A stretch of DNA of 63,320 bases, filler included, from Nemertoderma westbladi (Eukaryota; Animalia; Xenacoelomorpha), in assembly GCA_032718475.1 (NCBI GenBank). It is 3 parts of 3 records of this genome, joined end to end, with 100 filler letters (N's around TTAATTAATTAA, not from the genome) between each part and the next. Parts side by side here need not be neighbours in the genome. Positions count along the whole stretch, not along the records: positions 1 to 31,288 come from JAUCBJ010003323.1; positions 31,389 to 57,557 come from JAUCBJ010003776.1; 1 more part is not named here. The stretch is one strand, 5' to 3'. The notes beneath the pieces were generated by a model. That model was not told where the DNA came from and did not search any database. It worked only from the letters and a program-made list of their open reading frames with translations. The position numbers and the translations under genes were made by a program. Shown piece after piece: positions 24,831-36,892 of the stretch (positions are counted from its first letter, which is position 1; the number at the start of each line of letters is the position of its first letter).

Positions 24831-25119
24831 TAACTGTTTAGAGTATTTTTATATTTTAGAAACTGTGATTTTATATTTTATAGAATTAAATCCCATTTTC
24901 TGGGAGCGGTGTAAAGGCTTTTGCGGATCTAGCTAGTTATTTTCCCCGCAAAGTACTCTGTAGGTGTTTTAACGGACATAAAAAGCCGTTTCCTTACTGT
25001 ACCGTTGTTTTAGTGGACATAAAAAGCCATTTCTTCTGTATGTGTACTTTAGCGGACATAACTAACTGTGTACTTTAGCGGACATAACTAGCGATCTTAT
25101 GTCGCAATAAGCCAAAATC

Positions 25120-25520
25120 CTCTTGATACAGTGTAGTTACCATGACGACATCTAACAGCTGATATGTCCACGTGTAACATTTCTTTGTTCTTTGTTCTCT
25201 CTTTGTTCGGTCAACCAATCAGAGCGTTTTTTGACTCTGTGTTGGAGATTGTATACAGAAACTCATGTAATTGAGTCAGTATGTGTATTTTGTCCACAGC
25301 CAGAAGACCGGCTTTGGAGTTACTGTGTTTCAGGCTTTAGCCAAATATTAGTAGGCTTTGGTCATAGAAACGTATAACTGTTATCAAACCAACTCAGTAC
25401 ATATGCATTATGCTTTCACCGCATTATTTCACTGCTATTTATGGTTTATTCGGTTATTAATTATATCAGTTGATGGAATCTTGTTATATTTGGATAATAT
25501 CGACAAATAATCAGAAAACC
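25120..25520 (+). repeat. Dispersed repeat; diverged copy at ~30884-31288
   Basis: Shared blocks TCTTGA..CAGT..GTAGTTAC.ATGACGAC, AACAGCTGATAT, CCAATCAGAGC and ATATTTGGA..AA..GA.AAATAA. Confidence 0.6.
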
Positions 25521-25635
25521 CCAATCTTCTTGATATACTGAAGGTTAGAGAGACCGGTTACATATAACAATTGCGACTTACATTAAAGTGGTTTTGGAGT
25601 GAATCTAATGCTATTTCATAGGCACTACATGAGTC

Positions 25636-27574
25636 GGTTGCTGTTCTCTTTATATGTGACTAAAATTAGTGAAGGTCGGTAGATCGGTGTGCAGCATTGT
25701 GCGGTAGTGTGCATGATTGTGACTGATAACAAAGCATCTCCTAAAGAATGCGCTTTATACGTGAATCCATAGCCATCCCGTTGTGTCTAGTGTAAGACAT
25801 AACTCTGTTTATATATTTAGAGCGCCACGTCATAAAGGAACTGTTAATATTTCCCGAAAGTGAATAATATTTGTCAGAAATTATATATTAACGATCAGTC
25901 GAATAATACAGTAGGCCTACACCGCAATAAGGTCAAAGCTTCCGAATCCAGTCTCCCGGGTATATCCAGCGGGTGAATGGTCGCGCATAGACTGGCTTCG
26001 GCTAATGTAGTGTATCAAATACTCGTCATAGGCTAAAGTCGATTTATAATCTAGAAGACACCCAAATTTGGCAGGTTAAACTGCTAAAGGTCTGAAAGCG
26101 CGAACATAAACTATATCGTTTGTAAAAATAAATAAATAAATAATAAAATAATAAATATTAAAATAATATTGTAAAATAAATAAATAAATGTCATGTCGTA
26201 ATGTATAAATGTCATAATCGTATGTCAGTCTGTACTTATTTAATATTTACTTAAGTAGGCCTACATTTCGGTCGTAATTACTTTCAGTTTGAAAAGTTTG
26301 CTTTTTATATTTTAATTCAACATCAACACGATTTAATTTAATTAACAAGTTACTTCAATTTCACAATTATTGCAACTAACTACTGCTTGGGGTAAAGTAA
26401 ATAAGTCTAACAGGTGAATGAAACTGAATAGTGAACCTATTCTTCAAAATGAATTCCTTTCTCTTGCAAGTCACTTAGGTCCTGGGGAGACAGCATGGTT
26501 CTAGCCGGTTCTGATATTTTCACCGATTTAGTATTTTCTAAGTATCGACGACAACAAAGATCATTGAAATGAGCGTATAGATACCCAGGTTTGGCTGTTT
26601 GGAGTTCTGACAAACCATTTAATTGAAACGTAATTGTTCCCCAATATGTAACTATAACTTTCTCCTCCTTGAAAATATACTGACAAGAGCTACACTTCTT
26701 CGCGTTGCAAGACGAACGGTCTGACGAACCTGACGTGAACCTACGGTCTGACGGTACCTGTCTACTGCTGTGACTGGTGTCAGGCAGTAGCGTATCGCGT
26801 ATCCATCCATACTACCGCTACCGGTACAACATCCAGCAGACAGCCATTGCTGTAGTGCCCGGGCTGCCGGGCTACCCCTGCAAAGGCTATGTCATATTAT
26901 TATGATAATAAATCTAAATTTAAATTTCCCACTACAATATACACAACAAACGTCCTTGTGATTGGTTCATAGGCAAGCACCTACGCAAGAAATTCCTACG
27001 CCAAAAGACAATTCTGGCCTACGCGTAAACCTACGCGTAGCTACGCGTAGGCCTTCGTATACGCAGTAAAGTCAAACCCGGGTATCGGTCATATGCACAC
27101 TTCTGGGACAATTTAAGGGAAAGGAGCAGGTTACTGTGGCGGTGTATTTTAACCAAAACAATACACGAAATTAGATTTCTTTATCAATGGAAAGCAGAAG
27201 CTTACAGTGGTGCGCATTTTCTCTAACCATGGACTTCTACAATATTAATTGATAACAGGACTGGAAACTGCTTATTCGGAAATACCAGTTGAAGCCTACT
27301 TTCTGATTTTTGCCACTTGGGCCACTGTTAGTACTCAGGCACAAAGGCCTATTAAAAAATGAAATACCATCGATTTTAGTGCTCCCAACTCAACTACCAC
27401 AAGGAAAACTGCACCAAACCATACAGTAACTATACTACAGGTACCAGTAAGTATTGCATGAATAGGCTATCCCATAAATTAAGAAAAATATAGGATATTT
27501 TGTCCGCCGAAAAGGTAAGTCTAAGTAATAAATTTTATAAAAATAAAAGGCCTTAGTGCCTGAGTACTAATAGT
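25636..27574. repeat. Copy B of the ~1.95-kb duplicated block
   Basis: Matches 1-1947. Truncated within the right inverted repeat of the MITE. Confidence 0.9.
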
Positions 27575-27588
27575 TACAGTTAGTAATA

Positions 27589-28100
27589 CATTTATCACCC
27601 GGGTGAAAAACATTTATCACCCGGGTGAAAAACATTTATCACCCGGGTGAAAAACATTTATCACCCGGGTGAAAAACATTTATCACCCGGGTGAAAAACA
27701 TTTATCACCCGGGTGAAAAACATTTATCACCCGGGTGAAAAACATTTATCACCCGGGCGAAAAACATTTATCACCCGGGTGAAAAACATTTATCACCCGG
27801 GTGAAAAACATTTTATCACCCGGGTGAAAAACATTTATCACCCGGGTGAAAAACATTTATCACCCGGGTGAAAAACATTTATCACCCGGGTGAAAAACAT
27901 TTATCACCCGGGTGAAAAACATTTATCACCCGGGTGAAAAACATTTATCACCCGGGTGAAAAACATTTATCACCCGGGTGAAAAACATTTATCACCCGGG
28001 TGAAAAACATTTATCACCCGGGTGAAAAACATTTATCACCCGGGTGAAAAACATTTATCACCCGGGTGAAAAACATTTATCACCCGGGTGAAAAACATTT
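27589..28100. repeat. 22-bp palindromic minisatellite (~23 copies)
   Basis: CATTTATCACCCGGGTGAAAAA repeated. The core TCACCCGGGTGA is a perfect palindrome. Confidence 0.95.
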
Positions 28101-28929
28101 AAATGCTTAAAGGCATTTGAATATTTTTTGATGTAAATCATTACAGGGTTTTATTTTTTAAATGTTTTTACAGCATATTGTAATGTGCCGTAAATTTTCT
28201 GTTAATAAATGGGCCTGTCAAATTACTACAAAACAGTAGGCCTATACAGTGAATGTGATGTCATAGTTACCGTAGATAAACTGAAACTGACTGTAGTACA
28301 TCCTGTGTGTGTATAAGCTTAAAGGGCTACATACCGCAAGGCGCAAACAGAAATTGGTCGATTTAGGCTGTTTTCCAATGTGACAGCGGATAATAGATTT
28401 GTTTGTGCGTGATTTGGCGAAAGAATGCATATCCAGTGACAAGATATTTTGTAAAAGTTATTACGTTTTAATTAATGCACAATGAGTCTGTTCACGGTCT
28501 GACGGTCGTCTAAATAACAGCGTCTGGCAACTGGCAACCACGTACAACGTCTCCCTAAAGAACAAATAAGGCCTACTGGAAACCGCTCTGTTTGCTATAG
28601 CACTACTGCATTATAATGACACCCCTAGCGCCTAGTACTTCCCGGTATATCAGTATAATACTGATATACTGTATATATATATGTACTGATATACTGTGTA
28701 TTGTTTTGGTTCCCCCAAGCAGTTATTATCAACCAGACACACAAATAGGCCTATACTTACTTCATACAGATAATACAGTAGTAGCTAAGTAAATTAAAAC
28801 TAAAACTACTGTAAAAGTAAAATTCAAACTCTTGACATAACTATATCCTTGTTTGTATAAGCCTAAGGTGGTTGTAGTCTACTGTGCATACAATAAACCA
28901 ATATTAGTTCCTTTAGGAAATTTTCCAGA

Positions 28930-29382
28930 ATGGCTGATAGAGTAGTTGGTGCGAAAGTTGGTGAAACTGTATCCAGCAACAAGAGACGGCTAATATCGAA
29001 CTTACGTCATGATTTAAACACACGTATTGAGGAAATTCGTTCTGCTGTTGGAACCAGCTCTGGAACAAGCAGTCGCCCAAATTCTGCAGCCTTACCCCAA
29101 GGCCGGCCATGTAAGGAATGTAACACAGTAATTGTGAAGATGAAAGTTAAAGTAAGCGGTGATAGTTTTAACCAAGCAGTTTTAGTTAAAAAGCCACTTG
29201 GCGAGTCGAATGGGATGTGTATGAAGTTGCCAATGACAGAGAATATTGATACTGTTAGAGTGCTAATTGAGGATAAGGTATTTCCAGAAGGGACCGCTAA
29301 TGAGTCTTTAATAAGGCAAGATTTTCCTGGATATAAGTCTGAATATGCATCCTTTGATTTGACAAACACGAAGTTTGAATAC
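28930..29382 (+). pseudogene. Unassigned ORF truncated by a Helentron-like insertion
   Basis: ATG-initiated, protein-like ~150 codons running into the element at 29383. No family recognised. Confidence 0.35.
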
Positions 29383-30720
29383 TTTGTGGGGCGAGCCACG
29401 AAGTTGGCGGAGCCTTAGCGAATTGACACTGTTAGGGGGTGGGTCAATTTATGCAAATAGTTGTCGTCGTCGTCGTTGTCGTCGTCGTCGTCGTCGTTGT
29501 CGTCGTCGTCGTCGTCGTCGTTACGATTTTGACATGCTAATAACTTTGTCGGATTTAAAGCTGCCAAGTTGAAAATTTGTAGGTATCAATATGAGCAAAA
29601 GTTGAGATTTTTGAGAGACTTTCAGACACCATCAGTGCAATGGTCTCCCGCTAGAGGGCCACATGTCTAAACATTAAATGCCCTCCCATTTCTTTGCTTT
29701 TAATCCGTTTAAGCTGAAACTTGGCAGATATGTATTAGACCATTAGCTGTGACTTTCAAAGGAGGCGAATCCATCTGCAGTTCTCCAGTCTGCCGCTAGA
29801 GGGCCAAAGGTCTGAAAGTGAAATCGTTGTCGTCGTTACGATTTTGACATGCTAATAACTTTGTCGGATTTAAAGCTGCCAAGTTGAAAATTTGTAGGTA
29901 TCAATATGAGCAAAAGTTGAGATTTTTGAGAGACTTTCAGACACCATCAGTGCAATGGTCTCCCGCTAGAGGGCCACATGTCTAAACATTAAATGGCCAC
30001 CCATTTCTTTGCTTTTAATCCGTTTAAGCTGAAACTTGGGAAGTATGTACTAGACCATTAGCTGTAAATTTCAAAGGAGGCTAATCTGTCTGCAGTTCTC
30101 CAGTCTGCCGCTAGAGGGCGAAATGTCCCGAATGTGAAATTATTCTTCCATTTAGTTGTTTATGATCTGATTACGCTGAAACTTGTCATATATGTACTAG
30201 ATGACATCCTGAGTCTTTGTGTGGATTGTAATCGGTCCGAAGTTTTCCAGTCTGCCGGTAGAGGGCCACATGTCTAAACATTAAATGGCCACCCATTTCT
30301 TTGCTTTTAATCCGTTTAAGCTGAAACTTGGGAAGTATGTACTAGACCATTAGCTGTAAATTTCAAAGGAGGCTAATCTGTCTGCAGTTCTCCAGTCTGC
30401 CGCTAGAGGGCGAAATGTCCCGAATGTGAAATTATTCTTCCATTTAGTTGTTTATGATCTGATTACGCTGAAACTTGTCATATATGTACTAGAAGACATC
30501 CTAAGTCTTTGTGTGGACAGTAATCGGTCCGGAGTTTTCGAGTCTGCCGCTAGAGGGCGAAATGTAGGAAAGTGATAACCTTCGCGAATTCCTTGATCTT
30601 AATCTATTTAAGCTGAATTTTGGAATATACAGTACCGGTATGTACTAGACCACATGCCTCGTCTTTGTGAGGAAGGTGTAAAAGCCTTTGCTGAATTGCC
30701 CCGTTATTTTTATTATCTTT
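29383..30720 (+). mobile_element. DINE-1/HINE-like non-autonomous Helentron with CTCF-like repeat array
   Basis: Starts after TTT with a GC-rich subterminal segment and a (CGT)n microsatellite (29462-29521). Then ~7 units with CTGCAGTTCTCCAGTCTGCCGCTAGAGGGC and internal duplications. Right boundary approximate. Confidence 0.6.
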
Positions 30721-31288
30721 TACATTAAAATACTCTGTAGTTGATTTAATAGGTGTAAGAGACCGTATTATTGCTGTATCGGTGTTTTTTAGAGGATCTA
30801 AGAGCTATTTCCTCTGTATGTGTACTGTGAAAGGCATAGTTGATGATTCTATGGCAATTCCGTGACGCAAAGGGTGATAGCTACTCTTGAACAGTAGTTA
30901 CTATGACGACGGTTAACAGCTGATATTCATACGTGTTGATTTTCTTTGTTCTACGGCATCTCTCAGTTCAGTCAGCCAATCAGAGCATTTTTATGGCTCT
31001 TGTAGAGAAATTTCCTAGAAATCAGGCAATGCTTTAGGTGCAGTGTTTACATTCTGTCCTGGGCCAGGAGAGAGCGGCTTGGGAATATTTTGTGCTTTTC
31101 TGTTTTAGCCTAACACTAGTAGGCTTAATTATAAGGACATATATCCGTTATCTCAAACCTTACTTACTGACACTGCATACTGTGTAACACTGTGCATACT
31201 TTAAACTGTTATACTGCTATTTACTGTCGGTTCTTCATAATATGGTTGATGAATTATTATATTTGGAATAACGATAAATAACCCCGAA

Positions 31289-31388
31289 NNNNNNNNNNNN
31301 NNNNNNNNNNNNNNNNNNNNNNNNNNNNNNNNTTAATTAATTAANNNNNNNNNNNNNNNNNNNNNNNNNNNNNNNNNNNNNNNNNNNN
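31289..31388. other. Assembly gap / contig linker
   Basis: N-run with central TTAATTAATTAA (stops in all six frames). Confidence 0.97.
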
Positions 31389-31620
31389 ATTGACGGATGA
31401 CGATATATCGACGGTTGCCGACTGTCCGCCCTGTTGTTCAGACCTGCGCTGGCACAAGTTACAATGAAAAATTTTCAGGCAAGTTTCAATGAAAAATCTA
31501 GTTATACTAGAATGTAACGAATGGACCATCGTACAACATGAATTAAATAATATTGTTGGGAATGGCCATTCCCTGCCGCAATAATTTTTATTGTCAGTTT
31601 AAATCCCTTTTTTTTTGTTT

Positions 31621-31910
31621 TACTTTTTATGTCCTCCAGAAATCTACTGTTAGGTACCATGCTACCGGTTTCTCTACTGCTGTTCTCGCAGGCTATCAGT
31701 ACCGGTATTCGTTTTTCTTGACTTTCTATGTCCTCCAGAAATTTACCGTTATGTTCCATGCTACCGGTTTCTCTACTCCTGTTCTCTCAGGCTATCAGTA
31801 CCGGTATTAGTTTTTTTTTTTACTTTTGATGTCCTCCAGAAATCTACCGTTAGGTTCCATGCTACCGGTTTCTCTACTGCTGTTCTCTCAGGCTATCAGT
31901 ACCGGTATTA
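31621..31910. repeat. ~100-bp tandem repeat, 3 copies
   Basis: ATGTCCTCCAGAAAT...CATGCTACCGGTTTCTCTACT...GGCTATCAGTACCGGTATT at ~31630, 31730 and 31830. Confidence 0.88.
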
Positions 31911-32529
31911 GTATATAGAGCACTATTTTGCAGTATTGCATGTACTGATATAGGTATAAAGCAGGTATTTTAGTACTGGCACCGGCATCGGTACAGCTGT
32001 AGGCCTATTCTGTAGCCTACCATTTAAATACGGTACTGGTAGGCCTACCGACTGATCGGTTATTTTGGTTAGAAAATCCCACCTCTGTTACCTGCTCCTT
32101 TCCCTGATTTAGTAAAGTTACCGTTTATTGTTTTTGTTAGAAATGCCAGCCTCTATAACCTGCTCCTTTCCTTCATGGTTAGAAATGTTTTGGCATATGC
32201 ATGTTGAAATCAAACATTGGCAAAATTTAAACTGCTGATTAGTTTGTAACATTTACTAGAAAATATTTTTTAGCCTACAGTATTCGTATAATCTGCCAAT
32301 CTCCAGAATTATATCATTTCATTGGCCCATCAATGTTTTACCATATCAATAATTAACTATTCAATATACTCTACGTACTACAGCTGTGTATGTATTATTG
32401 ACTTCAATTATACAGTATATATAGTGATGTGTTTTGTTTTGCCTTCTACATGTACAAAAAATACAAAGTCAATCTGTACATTTATGATTAGAAATCTAAA
32501 TCAGAAATTTATAGGACTTACTATGTGCA

Positions 32530-33246
32530 CTACACCACAACAAGTAGGGCAACGCGGATAATGCAATACAGCTTGGCATGGCCAAGGTCACTCAGGTGTA
32601 TATCATCGGAGTGGAGCAAGGTTCCTCCCTGCACCCGATGGCGTAATGCAGCTTGCATTTTAATTGGAACGCCGTTCTGGGCTTGGTTGAGCCACGCCAC
32701 TATCCGCATATTCGTGGCGACAAGACGTGAATTATAATGGGTGTCTACAGAAACACCTTTAGGGCGCATTAACATGGGAGACCTGTGTGTCCACAACACA
32801 CAGGGAGCTGCATTGGAAGAATATTCCTGAATCATTGTCTTTCATTTACAGTCAAGGTTATCTGTGTCTCTCACACATACATCGTTGCTTCCAAATGGAA
32901 GTACAATGAAGGGCGGTTTATTTTCCCAATCGGTCATTACCTCCTGTGCGTTATGAATGTCAAATGTTCGCCCAGACCGCGGTTGAAAGGTAACTTTGCC
33001 AACTGTGGGACAGATACCAAAGTTACGAATGTGGCCGCGGTTGTTATAGCCAAGATAACGAAAGAGGTAGTCTGGGTGTGAAGACCCAACGATTGTAATA
33101 TGACGTTCATGATTGACAGTACAAATAGCTCGGACCGGTCGAGCAATAATATAAACTGAATAGAGTAAATAAGTTGGTGAAGATAGTTGATAGCTGAATG
33201 TCTCATGCGGATTCCTGTCAGGCGTTGGGTTTACCTTAACATACAT
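32530..33246 (-). pseudogene. SGNH hydrolase/esterase-like ORF with one in-frame stop
   Basis: Block I-like IVGSSH, block III FGSND and block V DDIHLSDLG across in-frame ORFs 32842-33246 and 32530-32835. Confidence 0.7.
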
Positions 33247-33713
33247 CTCTGTATTATGAACAGTAATATTAGGAAAGACACAGTCGAAACTCAGTAGGTG
33301 GAAATATGATACAGCTGTGGTGATGGAAACTTGCTTTAGAGCTATTAGTTAATGTTTGCCACTTGCAGATTAAAACTTGAGAGAACAATTTACAGCAGAG
33401 TTGATGTTGAGTACAGTGGGTTGAGAAGAATTTAAATGGAAAGATGATGCCATATTCTGCTGAATTAACTGAGTGGAGGTACTTCTGGTGATCTTCATAC
33501 ATATGCAGATAAGGTTAGTGCGGTAGGTCCCTCTAGTGGGTGTAGTAATACAAATAGAACAGGTGTCATGGATTCAGTCGACTGTGGGCTTATTAGCCCA
33601 TGCTCGATAGTCATGGAAGATCGATGTGATTTTGCTGCTGCTCTAAATTCAGCAAAAACTACTCTTTTTGCAAATTTTTCGAATCCAAAATGGCCACAAA
33701 AGTGTGCCATATT

Positions 33714-34140
33714 GGAATCGGACAGTGAGCCAGAAGAAGATGCAATAATTGTGGATAATATTGTAGAACCATCTTATTGCTTTAAAGAATGTACAACAAA
33801 GGGGAATCTACAGAGGGAGGGGTACTATTAAAGATTCAGTGTGGATAGTTCCACTGAACTCTTACGATGGAAATCATCTTTAGAGCAGCAGCAGCAGAAG
33901 ACATCAAAAAAATGTATAGTAGATCAGTTGTATAAGGTCTCAAGAATGGCCTATCAAATACAAAAGGCCCAAAACAATGTTGAAATGGGTTTCAAGTGAT
34001 TCCATTCAAATTCAACAAATCTCGGTAGCATTCATTTCATACTTTGAGTTTCAGCTTATGGAGACAGGATCCAATCGGACATCTTTACTGCAGTTTGATA
34101 GTTTTAATCACACCATGAAGGCCTTAGGAGATACCGCTCC
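33714..34140 (+). pseudogene. Inverted second copy of the 5' part of the tyrosine-recombinase-like gene at 45854-46830
   Basis: DSEPEE..IVDNIVEPSYC..TTKGNLQREG..RFSVDSS.ELLRWKSSLEQQQ is shared with 46432-46788 (-). Confidence 0.7.
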
Positions 34141-34592
34141 AAGGTAGTCCATGTCTGGGAAGCTACATAATCCCAAGCGAGGGAGATAGACTCCCTTCAG
34201 AAATTTCATGATATAAACAGCTCGTCGGCTATTCCCAATGGGTGTTCGCGATAAATTCACCGATGTCATCCTCGAACTTCCAGTACCTGACCCTGTACCG
34301 GTATTGGATAAGGTGGCTGAGTTGTTACCGTTACGGTTACCAATATTGGTACCAAGGTTATTGATACCACTGTTGTTTCGCGCAGTTTCACTTAGAATAT
34401 CCAGGGTGCGATTGATGGAATGTCGCGTATTCGTATACTCCTGTCGGTATAGGCCTAACTCATTGTCATCCATTCTGCCTGCATATATGATTAATACCGG
34501 TATCCGATAAGGCCAATTACTGATGTAATGACTGGGATTGAAAAAAACAACAACAAACACACGAACAACAAAAACGTGTTTTCATAATATAA

Positions 34593-34833
34593 GCAAAGCA
34601 AAGCAAGCAAACAGTCGGCCGTAGCCGGAGGCGACCCAAAGGCTCCTCTTTCGATAGCTGCTACCCGAGGGTAGGGGTGGGCGCTACTCCTATCCCAAGA
34701 TTTGCTCCCAGTTATTTAACTGGTACTCATTTTATCGACCCCAGTGGATGAAAGGCTGAGTGGACCCTGGCGGGGCTGAACCTACAACCATTAGATTGCC
34801 GGCCCGGCGCTCAACCAACTGAGCTACCCCGCC
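34593..34833 (-). mobile_element. tRNA-derived SINE
   Basis: Head GGCGGGGTAGCTCAGTTGG (A box) and GGTTCAGCCCC (B-box-like). Body ACTCAGCCTTTCATCC...GGTCGATAAAATGAGTACC. (TTGCT)n-like tail. TSD TTCATAATATAA (34581-34592, 34834-34845). Confidence 0.85.
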
Positions 34834-35179
34834 TTCATAATATAATAAATTTTCAAATTGAGCCAAAAACGTGATTTCATAATATAATTAATTTTATAAG
34901 TTCATCCAAATGGGTATTTTCATAATATAAATAATTTTGTAAGTTTATCCAAAAACGTGTTTTCATAATATAAGTAATTTTGGCCGAATTCAGCCACCGT
35001 AGCATAATCAATTAAAGTAGCCATAGAGTAATTAGAGTAGCCATGAAAGGTTTCAGAGTTGGCATGCTAACAATCAAGTATTGTTTGACATTCTTTCTTC
35101 TAAGAGCAATCCTACCCATTTTGCTGATGAGGAACGATTTTTTTATGAATAATCAATCACAGCCAACTCGCTATGGCTA

Positions 35180-36688
35180 TGTCAGTGATATTCTTGATAT
35201 AGAGTATGTTGCTGAGAAACAAATACAGCTTGAATTTGATATTGCCATTGCTGGTGGTTCTAGTACTAATAATTCAACTGATTAAGAAGGTGATTCATGT
35301 GCTGGGCTTAACATTAGTATCAACCAATCCAAAAATAGATCAGGTATTATTAGAAGTACAGTTCCATTGATAAATGCTAGTGCACAAACAGATCCAATCG
35401 AAATTACAAAGCCAGCTTATTAGAAAGATCCGAGACTGCACTACTAATATAAAATCTGCTTGTGCTGAAGTTTCAGTTAAATGTGGCATTTCTGTTGAGA
35501 AATCCAGACTTGCAATTGTAACTGTTTGTAAAAATATTTACCACCATACATATTACTTACACAAAGAGTCACCTAATACTAGTATCATGCAGTCTCGGTT
35601 CATTACAAATACTGATCAAGAACATGACTCTCCTATTGACCATCATAGCAGCAAGCGTCCCAATGATGAAGTGAACAACATACGATCGAAAGTACACATT
35701 ATCAGTAAATCAAAACCACCAGTGTCGATCTTGGATTATGATACTTATAAGTATGTGTTGCCATCTGCCAAAACGATAGCAGACTATAAGCAACTACAGG
35801 CTATTCAACATGAAACCGATGCAGGATTAGCGTTACATAACATGCAATCCCATGAGAAAGTCACTCTACATTATGATACTACTAGTCGATGTAGAATCGA
35901 TGGTGAATGGCCTGCCTTAATTATCATATATACCAATGGGAACCGGTTCTCACTTAGACCACTATTCTTTGCCCACAAAGATAGAGAAAATATTGTTAAT
36001 CTCATTGTTGAGACCTATACTCGATTAGCCACTGCAGTTTCGATAAGTACTGGTGAAACTGTCTCAGCAAACCAATTATGGAATAGAACAACCAGCATTA
36101 TGACAGACGCTGCAACAAAAAATTTACACATAGAGGATGGGGTTGTGAAAAATTGCATGCATCTCACAAACCATTACACCTTCTCTGCAAATCGCATACA
36201 GTTGAAGCACTGGATAGGTCAAATTTGACATTGACGAATTTAGAAGTGTTGGCCAATCTCGAAAACAAAGTCAAGTTTAGAGAGTCACTTAGAAAGAATT
36301 TTCCTGCCATCAAATCATTTCTAAGAGGGGAAAAGTGTGCTGCAGTGGCTGGTATCAAGGCAATTCTCAATCTTGTCAGCCATGAGAAATCGGCAGCATC
36401 TACGAATATTGCTGATGTCTCTATATAAGGAAAGACGTTTCAATAAACTCGGATATTTATGTGGATCTATAATTTGATGCCTTTCCATATCTTAACATGT
36501 TGCTTAATGAAACCAACCACAGCAACCAAAACATTGAATCTGTACGGTTATTTTTAGATTCGGAACTGTTTCTTACAGAACTTTGTGTACTTGCATATTT
36601 TACTTATAAAGTCACGCTTCCTTTGCTTAACTGCATCGAAGTATCTTCTCAATCAGATCTTCTTGAAATCTTTCCAAAGCTCTACACT
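35180..36688 (+). pseudogene. Frameshifted DDE transposase with a CxxH motif (superfamily uncertain)
   Basis: LHYDTTS...IMTDAATKN...LLCKSH across ORFs 35374-36228, 36153-36428 and 36497-36769. Confidence 0.55.
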
Positions 36689-36892
36689 GAGCATCGCAGG
36701 CTGAGGATACATTCTGTATTGCCTCTCCTCGTGAGTTATGTTCCTTGTTATAGAGCAGACCTCCTCTGAGGTGTAGCATGCCTAGCCACTCTTTGTAGGG
36801 AATCCAAGTTGGAGGTTCAGCAATCCACCTTTGTGTTTCTGGGCTGTTTTTGGCCTCAATCAGTCCTTTCCCATCAACAGACTCATAATAAA
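36689..36892 (-). mobile_element. R2/NeSL-like non-LTR retrotransposon fragment
   Basis: YESVDGKGL...WI...WLGMLHLRGGLL...SRG...CDAQC resembles the segment preceding the CCHC/RLE domain of R2-group ORFs. Confidence 0.5.

Noticed and set aside
27589-28100. CRISPR-like palindromic repeats
   Set aside because: No spacers and no cas genes; the context is eukaryotic.
31333-31344. TTAATTAATTAA motif (also 57602-57613)
   Set aside because: Artificial linker inside N-gaps.
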